From assembly GCA_964506245.1 (NCBI GenBank), contig CAZDKK010000018.1, forward strand, positions 973 through 64,972: a stretch of DNA of 64,000 nucleotides. Direction: 5' to 3'. The DNA comes from an uncultured bacterium (GTDB taxonomy: Bacteria > Eisenbacteria > RBG-16-71-46 > CAIMUX01 > WJJG01). Below, piece after piece: positions 9,075 through 19,066 of the stretch. The position numbers were made by a program, and so were the translations under genes. The notes beneath the pieces were generated by a model. The model ran no database searches. It was not told the origin of the DNA and saw only the letters and a program-made list of their open reading frames with translations. The stretch's first letter is position 1, and each line of letters begins with the position of its first letter.

Positions 9075-9773
9075 ATGCGTGCTCATATGAATGTACTCTG
9101 CATACTCTGCATGCCCGTCTGTGCCGAACTCGCACTTGCCCAAAGTGGGTACCCGGATCCGGAGCGTTCCGTCGTGAGTCCATTGGACAGCATGGCGTAT
9201 CCACGCTTCATCGGAACATCGTCTGAGGAGAACGACATCTTCTGCAGGGTCACGGTCACCGTGAACGATGAGTACGGGGCCCCGATCGCTGGAGCCTACG
9301 TATTCATCTACAGCGCGGAGAGCTGCTGCGAGGCCATTTGCCAGTGCAGCAACGCCGTTTTCGATGGGTACACCAACTCAAGCGGCACCATTGATCTCTA
9401 CTGGAAGAGGAATGGATGCTGCAACTACCCCGATGCGGGTCAAGTAGTTGCCTACTCCCCGACATACCCCAGCGCAGGTGTAGTGCTCAGGTCGGTCGAC
9501 ATGCTCGTCAGTCCTGATTTTGACGGTGCTGCTGGGAACTGCCAAACGGAGATCGAAGACTGGACGTTCTTCGGATCTCAATATGGAGAAGGACCCGGCA
9601 ACCCCAGTATCTGTTCCGACTACAACGGAGACGGGCGGGTGGGCCCGGGCGACTTGGTAGTTTTCGGATCGGCATGGGGATCTGTGTGCCCCCCCTATGA
9701 CACGCAGGAGGAGGCCGCCGCCTCTAGCGCCCGAGATTCTTGCGGAATGCCCGGAGCAAGGCGCGCTTGGTAG
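9075..9773 (+). CDS. Secreted Cys-rich protein with Ig-like region and two dockerin/EF-hand-like Ca-binding motifs
   Basis: SD GGGAGGT, signal peptide, VTVTVNDEYGAPIAGAYV, SPDFDG...EIEDWTFFG and SDYNGDGRVGPGDLVVFGSAW. Confidence 0.7.
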   Translation: MRAHMNVLCILCMPVCAELALAQSGYPDPERSVVSPLDSMAYPRFIGTSSEENDIFCRVTVTVNDEYGAPIAGAYVFIYSAESCCEAICQCSNAVFDGYTNSSGTIDLYWKRNGCCNYPDAGQVVAYSPTYPSAGVVLRSVDMLVSPDFDGAAGNCQTEIEDWTFFGSQYGEGPGNPSICSDYNGDGRVGPGDLVVFGSAWGSVCPPYDTQEEAAASSARDSCGMPGARRAW

Positions 9774-10248
9774 GTCGCTGTCGACGGTGCCGGCGGAGGG
9801 CACTTGATCGGGAGATCAAGAGGCATCGGACTCGGGCAGCCATGGCCAGGTGAACCGCGCTGGCCTCGCGCATGGGCCGCGAATGCGCCCCCTGCTTCGG
9901 CAAGAGCTTTCTGCCGTTCAAGATGGCTCGGGGGAAGGTCGCACGATTTCGACATAGCCTCAGGGGCATGCGGGTCGGGATGCTAACGGGGGTGCTCGCG
10001 CACGTCTTGACCTGGTCTTGCTGCAAGGGTCTTCATCGCATGCTGGCAGTGTGGCGATGCATACGAACGTCCTAGAGGTCACCTGCTTCTCTGAGCTTGA
10101 GGACGTCCTCGAGCCTGCAGGCTAATTGACCTGGCTGGCTCTGCGACAGTAGTAGGTAGGCCTGCCACTCAAGTGCCCGGCGGATCCGTGTACGCTGGCC
10201 GACCGCGCCAACCGGAAGGACGCCACGCTTGGCCCACACCGACACAGC

Positions 10249-10351
10249 TGTCGAATCCGCACACCGACTGCGCTCTCGGCACGCCCTCGTGCCCGGACAA
10301 GACCCCAAGTGCAGTCCCGCGCTCACGTGCGTCAACTGGCACGCTTCCTGC
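10249..10351 (+). promoter_or_regulatory. sigma54 promoter with paired upstream activator-like sites (copy 2)
   Basis: TGGCACGCTTCCTGC at 10337-10351; sites TGTCGAATCCGCA (10249-10261) and TGCGCTCTCGGCA (10269-10281). Confidence 0.75.
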
Positions 10352-10441
10352 CTCTACACCCCGCGGCGGGCGGTGCTCCCATCCTCCGGATCCTTGAGAC
10401 CAGGGCTCGCCCGCGAGGATGTCGACGGCAGGAGGTTTGCG

Positions 10442-11320
10442 ATGAGGACCAGGATCCAACCATGGGGCGGCCCAATGGGAGTCGGCCTGATGGCCGTCGC
10501 CCTCTGTGCTCTGTCAGCCGGCCTCGGCTGCGGGCCGGCCGAGCTCGAGAGCCGCTGGAGCGGAAGCGAGGTGCGGATCGATGGCGTGGGCACAGAGTGG
10601 GAAGGGCAGACGACCGACTACAGCGACCAGCACCTCGCGGTCGGTGTCCGCAACGACAACGAGCATCTCTACGCCGCGCTCTTCATCAGCGATCTGCGCC
10701 TGCAGGCCCAGGTGCTGACGCGCGGCCTGACGATCTGGTTCGATCCGTCCGGGCAGAAGCTCAAGACCTTCGGGATCCGCTGCCCCGCCGCACTGGCGGG
10801 GGACCAGGCCCACGAGTTCACCCGCACCCTGCTCGACGGCGGCGACGTCGACTCTCTGATCGACGCCTACAAGGTGCAGGCCGACCAGGTGCAGCTTCTC
10901 GGGGGCGAGAGTGACGCCGCCTCCCCGGTCCCCATGGGCGCGAGCGGAGTCGAGGTCGCCTTTGGAGTCTGCGGGGGTCTGCTGACGTACGAGCTCGAGG
11001 TGCCCCTGGCGCCCAGCGCATCGAACCCAACTGCTGCGATACGGGTGCAACCCGGCGGAAGCTTCAGCGTCGGGCTCGAGACCAGAGGCTCCTGGCGCGA
11101 GGGGATGCGGGGCGCAGGCCCAGGCGGCGCAGGTCCCGGCGGCGGGCCGGGCGGCGGACGCGGCCGAGGACCAAGCGGCAGTCCCCCGGCAGGTGGGCCC
11201 GGAGGCCCTCCACCTGGAGGGCCCGGCGGCTCCGGTGGCCGCGACGGCTCGCAAGGGGCTCCGCAGTGGCTGAGCCTCTGGGCGAAGATCCGCTTGAGCG
11301 CCGCACCATCCCCGAAGTAG
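10442..11320 (+). CDS. Hypothetical lipoprotein with Gly/Pro-rich C-terminal tail
   Basis: Lipobox-like AGLG-C; VRIDGVGTEW..., AVGVRNDNEHLY, GLTIWFD; low-complexity GPGG repeats near the C-terminus. Confidence 0.75.
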   Translation: MRTRIQPWGGPMGVGLMAVALCALSAGLGCGPAELESRWSGSEVRIDGVGTEWEGQTTDYSDQHLAVGVRNDNEHLYAALFISDLRLQAQVLTRGLTIWFDPSGQKLKTFGIRCPAALAGDQAHEFTRTLLDGGDVDSLIDAYKVQADQVQLLGGESDAASPVPMGASGVEVAFGVCGGLLTYELEVPLAPSASNPTAAIRVQPGGSFSVGLETRGSWREGMRGAGPGGAGPGGGPGGGRGRGPSGSPPAGGPGGPPPGGPGGSGGRDGSQGAPQWLSLWAKIRLSAAPSPK

Positions 11321-11328
11321 CCACCGTG

Positions 11329-11431
11329 TGCGGATTCCGCAGTCGGCTGCGGTTTTTGCCGTCGACTCCGGGAGTTCTAGGGATGTAACCTGTCATTCTG
11401 ATTGATGTTACTCGGAGGTACGGTTTCTGCA
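11329..11431 (+). promoter_or_regulatory. sigma54 promoter with paired upstream activator-like sites (copy 3)
   Basis: GGTACGGTTTCTGCA at 11417-11431 (GG-N10-GC); palindrome TGCGGATTCCGCA (11329-11341) and TGCGGTTTTTGCC (11348-11360); AT-rich spacer. Confidence 0.7.
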
Positions 11432-11502
11432 TCCTGAGCGGGCGACTGGAAGGTCATGCGACCTGAATTCGCCCCCGCGGGCGATCAGCAAGGAGAGCCA
11501 GC

Positions 11503-12828
11503 ATGCGGAAATGGTGGATCGCGGGCCTGGTGGTGGTGGCGGCTGCTGCGCTCGTGTGGGTATTCGTGATCCGCGGGCGCGGGGAGAAGGTCTCCTACCG
11601 CTTCGTCGAGGTCACGCGCGGCGACGTGCAGTCGGTCGTCTCCAGCACGGGAACGCTGCAAGCCACGACGACCGTCGAGGTCGGCACCCAGGTTTCGGGC
11701 AAGATCGCGGAGATCTACGTCGACTTCAACGACCACGTCGTGAAGGACCGACTCCTGGCGCGCATCGACCCGCTGATCCTCCAGCAGGAAGTGCGGGCCG
11801 CCGAGGCCAGCATGGAGCGCAATCAAGCCGAGTACGCCCAGGCTGTGCGCGAGTTTGAGCGCATCAACCGCCTCTACGAGCGCCAGGTGGCCACCGAGAG
11901 CGAGTACTCGACCGCGCAGTATCAGCGCGACGTGGCCCAGGCCTCGCTCAAGTCGTCGCAGATCAACCTCGAGCGGGCACGTCAGAACTTGAGCTACACG
12001 GAGATCCGTGCCCCGATCAACGGCGTCGTCGTGAATCGCGCGGTCGACGTCGGCCAGACGGTGGCTGCCAGCTTCTCGGCCCCGCAGCTCTTCCTCATCG
12101 CGGAGGACCTCTCGAAAATGGAGATCCTCGCCTCGGTCGACGAGAGCGACATCGGGAAGATCTACAAGGGGCAGCCCGTCGAGTTCACGGTCCAGGCCCA
12201 CCCGAACGATACCTTCTCCGGCATGGTCGATCAGGTGCGGCTGCAGTCCACCATCTCGGAGAACGTCGTCAACTACTCGGTCGTGATCGCCGTCGACAAC
12301 CAGGACGGGCGCCTCCTGCCCGCGATGACGGCCACGGTCGAGTTCATCATTGCGCAGGCCAAGGACGTGCTGAGAGTCCCGAACTCCGCCCTGCGCGTGA
12401 AGCCCACCGAGGAGATGGCGTCGGTTGTGCGGGCGCAGATGGCTGAGCGTCGGCAGCAGCGCGAGGCCCAGGGAGGGGCCGACGTGGCTCGCGCCGCGGG
12501 GGCCGGCGCGCCGGGCGGGGCGGACAGGGCCGGCGGCCAGCATGGCGCCAACCCGGGCACGGGCTGGGCCATGTCCGGCGCCGCCGCTGGTTCGAGGGGG
12601 CCGACGCTCCTGTGGTTCCTCGATGATAGCGGCAAGGCGACCGCGCGGCCCGTGCGCGCGGGGATCACCGACGGTCAGTACACCCAGATCGAGGGCCCCG
12701 CGGAGATCAAGGAGGGGCTGCAGGTGATCGCCGCCATCGTGGGCGGATCGAGCGCGACCACCCCAGCGACCAATCCCTTCCAGCAAACGCAGCAGCGGCA
12801 GGGCCCTCCCCCGCCTCCGGGCATGTAG
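11503..12828 (+). CDS. MacA-like periplasmic adaptor subunit
   Basis: N-terminal TM; GTLQATTTVEVGTQVSGKI, IRAPINGVV..R.VDVGQTVAASF.APQLF, VDESDIGKI, LLPAMTA, VPNSALR. Confidence 0.95.
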   Translation: MRKWWIAGLVVVAAAALVWVFVIRGRGEKVSYRFVEVTRGDVQSVVSSTGTLQATTTVEVGTQVSGKIAEIYVDFNDHVVKDRLLARIDPLILQQEVRAAEASMERNQAEYAQAVREFERINRLYERQVATESEYSTAQYQRDVAQASLKSSQINLERARQNLSYTEIRAPINGVVVNRAVDVGQTVAASFSAPQLFLIAEDLSKMEILASVDESDIGKIYKGQPVEFTVQAHPNDTFSGMVDQVRLQSTISENVVNYSVVIAVDNQDGRLLPAMTATVEFIIAQAKDVLRVPNSALRVKPTEEMASVVRAQMAERRQQREAQGGADVARAAGAGAPGGADRAGGQHGANPGTGWAMSGAAAGSRGPTLLWFLDDSGKATARPVRAGITDGQYTQIEGPAEIKEGLQVIAAIVGGSSATTPATNPFQQTQQRQGPPPPPGM

Positions 12829-12838
12829 GAGGGGCGCG

Positions 12839-13663
12839 ATGGCCACGCGGAACCTGACCAGGACACGGGGCATGGGCCCCGGAGACGGAATCGGAGTGCG
12901 GGGCACCGAACCTCAGCACGTCATCGAGGCGCGGGACCTCACGAAGGTCTACCGCATGGGGCACAACGAGGTCTGGGCCCTGCACGGCGTGACGCTCGAG
13001 GTCTCGCCCGGCGAAATGATCGCCATCATGGGGGCATCCGGATCGGGCAAATCGACGCTGATGAACATCCTGGGCTGCCTCGACCGGCCGACATCGGGCT
13101 CGTATCTGCTCGACGGCACCCGCGTGGAGCTGCTGGGCCGCAACGATCTGGCCGACATCCGCAATCGGAAGATCGGGTTCGTGTTCCAGACCTACAACCT
13201 GCTCGCGCGCACCAGTGCCCTGGACAACGTCGAGATTCCCCTGCTCTACGACCGGTCCGGCCAGCGGCTGGACACGCGCCGGCTGGCCGCGGAGGCGCTC
13301 GCACGCGTGGGGCTGGCGGATCGGGCCGCGCACGAACCCGGCGAGCTCTCGGGCGGCCAGCAGCAGCGTGTGGCCATCGCGCGGGCGCTGGTGACGCGGC
13401 CGGCGATCATCCTGGCCGACGAGCCGACCGGGAACCTGGACACGCACACCTCCATCGAGGTGATGGAGCTCTTCCAGACGCTCAACCAGGAGGGCGTCAC
13501 GCTGCTCATCGTCACCCACGAGCACGACATCGCTCAATACGCCAAGCGCATCATCGAGCTGCGGGACGGGCAGGTGGTCCGGGACGTGCCGGTCGAGAAC
13601 CGGCGCGACGCGGCCCGCGACGTCCGGCAGTTCAGAGGCGCCCAACCGGCAGGTGTGTCATGA
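12839..13663 (+). CDS. MacB/LolD-like ABC transporter ATP-binding protein
   Basis: Walker A GASGSGKS, signature LSGGQQQRVAIARAL, Walker B ILADEPTGNLD, VTHE. Confidence 0.95.
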   Translation: MATRNLTRTRGMGPGDGIGVRGTEPQHVIEARDLTKVYRMGHNEVWALHGVTLEVSPGEMIAIMGASGSGKSTLMNILGCLDRPTSGSYLLDGTRVELLGRNDLADIRNRKIGFVFQTYNLLARTSALDNVEIPLLYDRSGQRLDTRRLAAEALARVGLADRAAHEPGELSGGQQQRVAIARALVTRPAIILADEPTGNLDTHTSIEVMELFQTLNQEGVTLLIVTHEHDIAQYAKRIIELRDGQVVRDVPVENRRDAARDVRQFRGAQPAGVS

Positions 13664-14877
13664 AGTCGTTGACGCTGATCCGGATCGCCGGCCGCAGCAT
13701 CCTGAAGAACAAGATGCGCACGCTGCTCACCATGTTGGGGGTCATCATCGGCGTCGGCGCCGTCATCATGATGGTGGCGATCGGCGCCGGCGCCCAGAGT
13801 CAGATCGAGCAGCGCATCCGCGGCCTGGGCACCAACATGCTGGTCGTCACCCCCAGCTTCACCTCGCAGCAGGGCGTGAGCCAGGGGGCACAGAGCTTCA
13901 ACCGCCTCAGGCTGGACGACGCCGAGGCGATTCGCAACCAGGGCTTTCTGCTCGCCGCGGTCTCGCCTGTCATCATGACGCGCACGCAGGCGGTCAGCGT
14001 GCAGGGCAACTGGCGCACCTTTGTCTACGGCGTTCACCCCGACTACCAGACGATCCGCGACTGGAAAGTCGCGTCGGGCAGCTTCTTCACCACCACCGAC
14101 ACGCGCGGCATGCGGAAAGTCGTCGTGGTCGGCAAGACGGTCGCCAACGCGTTGTTTCCGGACGAGGATCCCGTCGGTCGCGAGATTCGGCTCCGGCACG
14201 TGCCCTTCACGATCATCGGGGTCCTGGAGTCCAAGGGGCAGACCGCGGGCGGGTCGGATCAGGATGACCTGATTCTGGCCCCCTACACCACCGTCAACAC
14301 CCGCCTCTCGGGCCACCAGTTCATCGCCCAGATCCTGGCCAGCGCCGTCTCGGCCGCCGAAATCCCAGCCGCCCAGGAGGAGATCCGCGCCATCATGCGC
14401 GACGCCCACGATCTCGGCGAGAACGAAGCCGACGACTTCCAGGTGCGCACCCAGGATGATCTGGCCGAGGCGGCTCAGGAGACGACGAAGGTGATGACGC
14501 TGCTCCTGTCCGCGATCGCCAGCATCTCCCTCCTGGTCGGCGGCATCGGGATCATGAACATCATGCTCGTCTCGGTGACCGAGCGAACGCGTGAGATTGG
14601 CCTGCGCCTCGCCCTGGGAGCCCGCGGCAGCGACGTGCTGACGCAGTTCCTGGTCGAGAGCGTGGTGATGAGCCTGACGGGCGGGTTGATCGGGGTGGCC
14701 GTGGGATTCGCCGGCAGCGCCCTGATTGGGGCCATCACCGGCTGGAGCACCGTGATCTCGCCCGCCACGGTGTTGCTCGCCCTGGTTTTCGCTGCCTCGG
14801 TGGGCATCTTCTTCGGCTACTACCCCGCTCGGCGGGCGGCCGCCCTCGATCCGATCGAGGCGTTGCGCTACGAGTAG
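13660..14877 (+). CDS. MacB-like ABC transporter permease
   Basis: RTLLTMLGVIIGVGAVI; FtsX-type C-terminus GGIGIMNIMLVSVTERTREIGLR.ALGA; PARRAA.LDPIEALRYE; ATGA overlap with the ATPase. Confidence 0.95.
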   Translation: MKSLTLIRIAGRSILKNKMRTLLTMLGVIIGVGAVIMMVAIGAGAQSQIEQRIRGLGTNMLVVTPSFTSQQGVSQGAQSFNRLRLDDAEAIRNQGFLLAAVSPVIMTRTQAVSVQGNWRTFVYGVHPDYQTIRDWKVASGSFFTTTDTRGMRKVVVVGKTVANALFPDEDPVGREIRLRHVPFTIIGVLESKGQTAGGSDQDDLILAPYTTVNTRLSGHQFIAQILASAVSAAEIPAAQEEIRAIMRDAHDLGENEADDFQVRTQDDLAEAAQETTKVMTLLLSAIASISLLVGGIGIMNIMLVSVTERTREIGLRLALGARGSDVLTQFLVESVVMSLTGGLIGVAVGFAGSALIGAITGWSTVISPATVLLALVFAASVGIFFGYYPARRAAALDPIEALRYE

Positions 14878-14892
14878 CGTGTGGGAGGAACG

Positions 14893-16239
14893 ATGACCGC
14901 AACCCGGCTGTTCACCGCGGCGATCCTGTACGCGGCGCTGATCTGCCCCGCGCTGGCCGGTGAGCCACGCACCATCACCTTCTCCGAGGCGATCGCGATC
15001 GCCCTCGAGCAGAACACCACGCTGCGCCGCACCGAGAACGAGACGGCCCTCGACCGCATCGGTGCGCGCCAGGCCGCTTTGAACTTCCTGCCCGACCTGC
15101 GCATGAGCGTCTCGGGTTCCCGCAGATACCAGTGGTGGTCCGACGACGTCACGGACTCGTCGGGCAGCGGCTCGTCGAGCAGCGGCTCGCTCAGCGCGGG
15201 CCTCTCCTCGGGTCTGACCCTGTTCGATGGGCTGGCCAACGTGGCGGAGTTGCGTGAGGCGCGGCTGAAGGAGGAAGCCGGGCGCAAGGAACTCGACCGC
15301 GCGCGCCAAACCGTCGTGTTCCAGGTGCTGACCGGGTACCTCGCCATGATCGAAGCACAGGAACAGCAGCGCGTGCGCGAGGAGAATCTCTCGGCCCAGG
15401 AAGACCAGGAGCGCGAGGTGCAGGCCCAGGTGGACGGCGGCACGCGCCCGATCTCCGACCTCTACCAGCAGCAGGCGAACGTGGCCGCAGCGCGGCTGGC
15501 CCTGGTCGAGGCGCGCCAGACGTACGAGATGAGCTGCATCGACCTCGTCCAACTGCTCCAGCTCGACCCCAAGGGAACCTACGTCTTCGAGGTGCCCCCG
15601 CTGCCGGAGGCCGAGCTGCAAGCACCGGAGCCGGACCTGGTGACGCTCCTCGACCGGGCGCTCGTCGGGCGACCCGATCTCGATGCCGCCACGATCCGCG
15701 AGGAGGCAGCCGGGCAGCGCGTGCGGATGGCCCGGGCGGGCTACTGGCCTTCGCTGTCGCTGTCGGCCGGCTACGGCGTCAGCTACAGCGACGCCAGCAG
15801 CGGCGACGTCTGGGACCAATTCGAGGATCGGCAGTCGGGCTCGCTCGGGTTGTCGCTCTCCTTGCCCCTGTTCGACCGCCTGACCACGCGCCACCAGGTT
15901 GAACAGGCCCGGATCAACACCGCCAATGCCCGGCTCACGTGCGCGGACTTGCGGCAGGAGGTCGCGCTGCAGGTGCGCCGCGCCGTGCTCGACGTGACCG
16001 CGGCGCGCGAGCAGCTGCGCGCGGCCGATGCCGGGGAACGCGCGGCGCGCCAAGCGCTCGCGGCCAATGAGGAACGCTACGCGGCCGGCGCATCGACGCT
16101 GTTCGAGGTGTCGCAATCGCGGGCCGACTGGGTGGCCGCGGCCAGCGAGCGCGTGCGCGCACGGTACAACCTCCTGTGGCAGGAACGGGTGCTCGAGTAC
16201 TACGTCGGCACCCTCGACCCCGCGGGCCGCCTGTCCTGA
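14893..16239 (+). CDS. TolC-family outer membrane efflux protein
   Basis: Signal peptide; ITFSEAIAIALEQN; YWPSLSLSAGY; LSLSLPLFD; two heptad-rich OEP repeats. Confidence 0.9.
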   Translation: MTATRLFTAAILYAALICPALAGEPRTITFSEAIAIALEQNTTLRRTENETALDRIGARQAALNFLPDLRMSVSGSRRYQWWSDDVTDSSGSGSSSSGSLSAGLSSGLTLFDGLANVAELREARLKEEAGRKELDRARQTVVFQVLTGYLAMIEAQEQQRVREENLSAQEDQEREVQAQVDGGTRPISDLYQQQANVAAARLALVEARQTYEMSCIDLVQLLQLDPKGTYVFEVPPLPEAELQAPEPDLVTLLDRALVGRPDLDAATIREEAAGQRVRMARAGYWPSLSLSAGYGVSYSDASSGDVWDQFEDRQSGSLGLSLSLPLFDRLTTRHQVEQARINTANARLTCADLRQEVALQVRRAVLDVTAAREQLRAADAGERAARQALAANEERYAAGASTLFEVSQSRADWVAAASERVRARYNLLWQERVLEYYVGTLDPAGRLS

Positions 16240-16247
16240 GGGTGCAG

Positions 16248-17591
16248 ATGCGATCGCAGGCGACAGAGGACGGCCGCGTGCCGAGGCGGGTCTTCTCCGA
16301 AGGCGTGTGGGCGCACTGGGGTTTGCTCGTGAGTGCGTTCGCGCTGGGTGGCGTGCTGATCCTGGCCTCTTGGTCCAACTACCAAGCCGCGCGCGACGCC
16401 ACCTACGCCCTCCACCTCGGCGAGACGCGGATCTTCGAGCGCGAGATCATGGGCGCACTGCACGACAACGACGACCTGCCCGAGCCGCGCGCGCTGCCCG
16501 CGGTCCTCGACAGCTTGCTCTCTCAGCTATCGAGCGATGGCCTGCGCTACCTGGCCATGCTCGATGCCGACGGCACCGTCTCCGCCGCGGCGGGCACGCC
16601 GCTGGGTGCACCCGGCGCAACCGCAGGCCAAGGGGACGAGCCGGGCCCGGCCATGAGCACCGTGGGATCGCGCGTGCGGGTCTCCTACTTCCGCCCGTGG
16701 ATCCCGCGCACCGGACAAGAGCGGCAGCCATCTCGGCAGCCCCCGCCGGAGGACGAGCCCCGGCGCGAGCGCCGGCACGGCGGCCTCGTCTTCGAGTTCG
16801 AGCCCCGGATCGCCATCCATCTCATGGACCGCGCCGGCCAGCTCCTGGCCTTCGGGTTGGCCGCGGCCGTGCTCATGATGTTCGTGGGGGCCGTCTCGTG
16901 GGGACTGTCGCGCCGCTACGAGCGCGCCATGCGCCGTCTCGAACACGAACGCCGCTTGAGCCTGCTCGGCGAGATGTCCGCCGTGCTGGCGCACGAGATC
17001 CGCAACCCGCTCGCGTCGCTCAAGGGCCACGCGCAGCTCCTGGCCGAGCGACTGCCCGCCGAGGGCAGCGATCGCGGTAAGGCCGAGCGTGTCGTTCGGG
17101 AGGCGTCGCGCCTCGAAGCGCTGACGACCGACTTGCTGGATTTTGTGCGCCTCGGACCGCTCGATCGCCAGCCGGCGGATCCTGCGGCGCTCTTGCGCCA
17201 AGCGGTCGAGGAGGTGGACGCGGAGGGCTTCGAGCTCGATCTGGCCGGCGCGCCTGATCGCTGGCTGGTCGACGGCCCCCGCCTGCACCAGGCCCTCACC
17301 AACCTGCTGCGCAACGCGCGGCAGTCCACGCCCCCGGGCGCTCGGAGACCGGTGGCGAGCATGGGCATCGCCGGCCGCGGCCTGTTCATCACCATCCGCG
17401 ATTTCGGCGACGGCCTGCCGAAGGGGAAGGAGGACCGTCTCTTCGACCCGTTTTTCACGACGCGGGCGAGCGGTACCGGCTTGGGGTTGGCGGTCGCGCG
17501 ACGAATCGTCGAGTTGCACAAGGGCGAGCTCACCGCGGCGAACCATCCGGAGGGCGGGGCGGTGTTCCAGGTGTCGTTGCCGGGCGAGTGA
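16248..17591 (+). CDS. Membrane sensor histidine kinase
   Basis: Two TM segments; H-box LAHEIRNPL; N-box NLLRNA; DFGDG; FDPFFTT..SGTGLGLAV. Confidence 0.95.
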   Translation: MRSQATEDGRVPRRVFSEGVWAHWGLLVSAFALGGVLILASWSNYQAARDATYALHLGETRIFEREIMGALHDNDDLPEPRALPAVLDSLLSQLSSDGLRYLAMLDADGTVSAAAGTPLGAPGATAGQGDEPGPAMSTVGSRVRVSYFRPWIPRTGQERQPSRQPPPEDEPRRERRHGGLVFEFEPRIAIHLMDRAGQLLAFGLAAAVLMMFVGAVSWGLSRRYERAMRRLEHERRLSLLGEMSAVLAHEIRNPLASLKGHAQLLAERLPAEGSDRGKAERVVREASRLEALTTDLLDFVRLGPLDRQPADPAALLRQAVEEVDAEGFELDLAGAPDRWLVDGPRLHQALTNLLRNARQSTPPGARRPVASMGIAGRGLFITIRDFGDGLPKGKEDRLFDPFFTTRASGTGLGLAVARRIVELHKGELTAANHPEGGAVFQVSLPGE

Positions 17592-17637
17592 AGTCACAGA
17601 ACCAAGGCGACGCTGACCGGGGAGTGAGGCCAGGCAC

Positions 17638-18969
<1,332 letters not shown>

Positions 18970-18971
18970 AC

Positions 18972-19000
18972 GGGGGGATGGAGCGCGCGCCCCATCCCCC
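18972..19000. terminator. Hairpin between convergent genes
   Basis: GGGGGATGG pairs with CCATCCCCC immediately after the regulator stop codon. Confidence 0.5.
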
Positions 19001-19066
19001 GCTGTGCGAGCTTTCGGACCCCGCCTCCTGCCGCGCCCGGCGGCGCGGGAGTCCGCGCTCGTCGGG

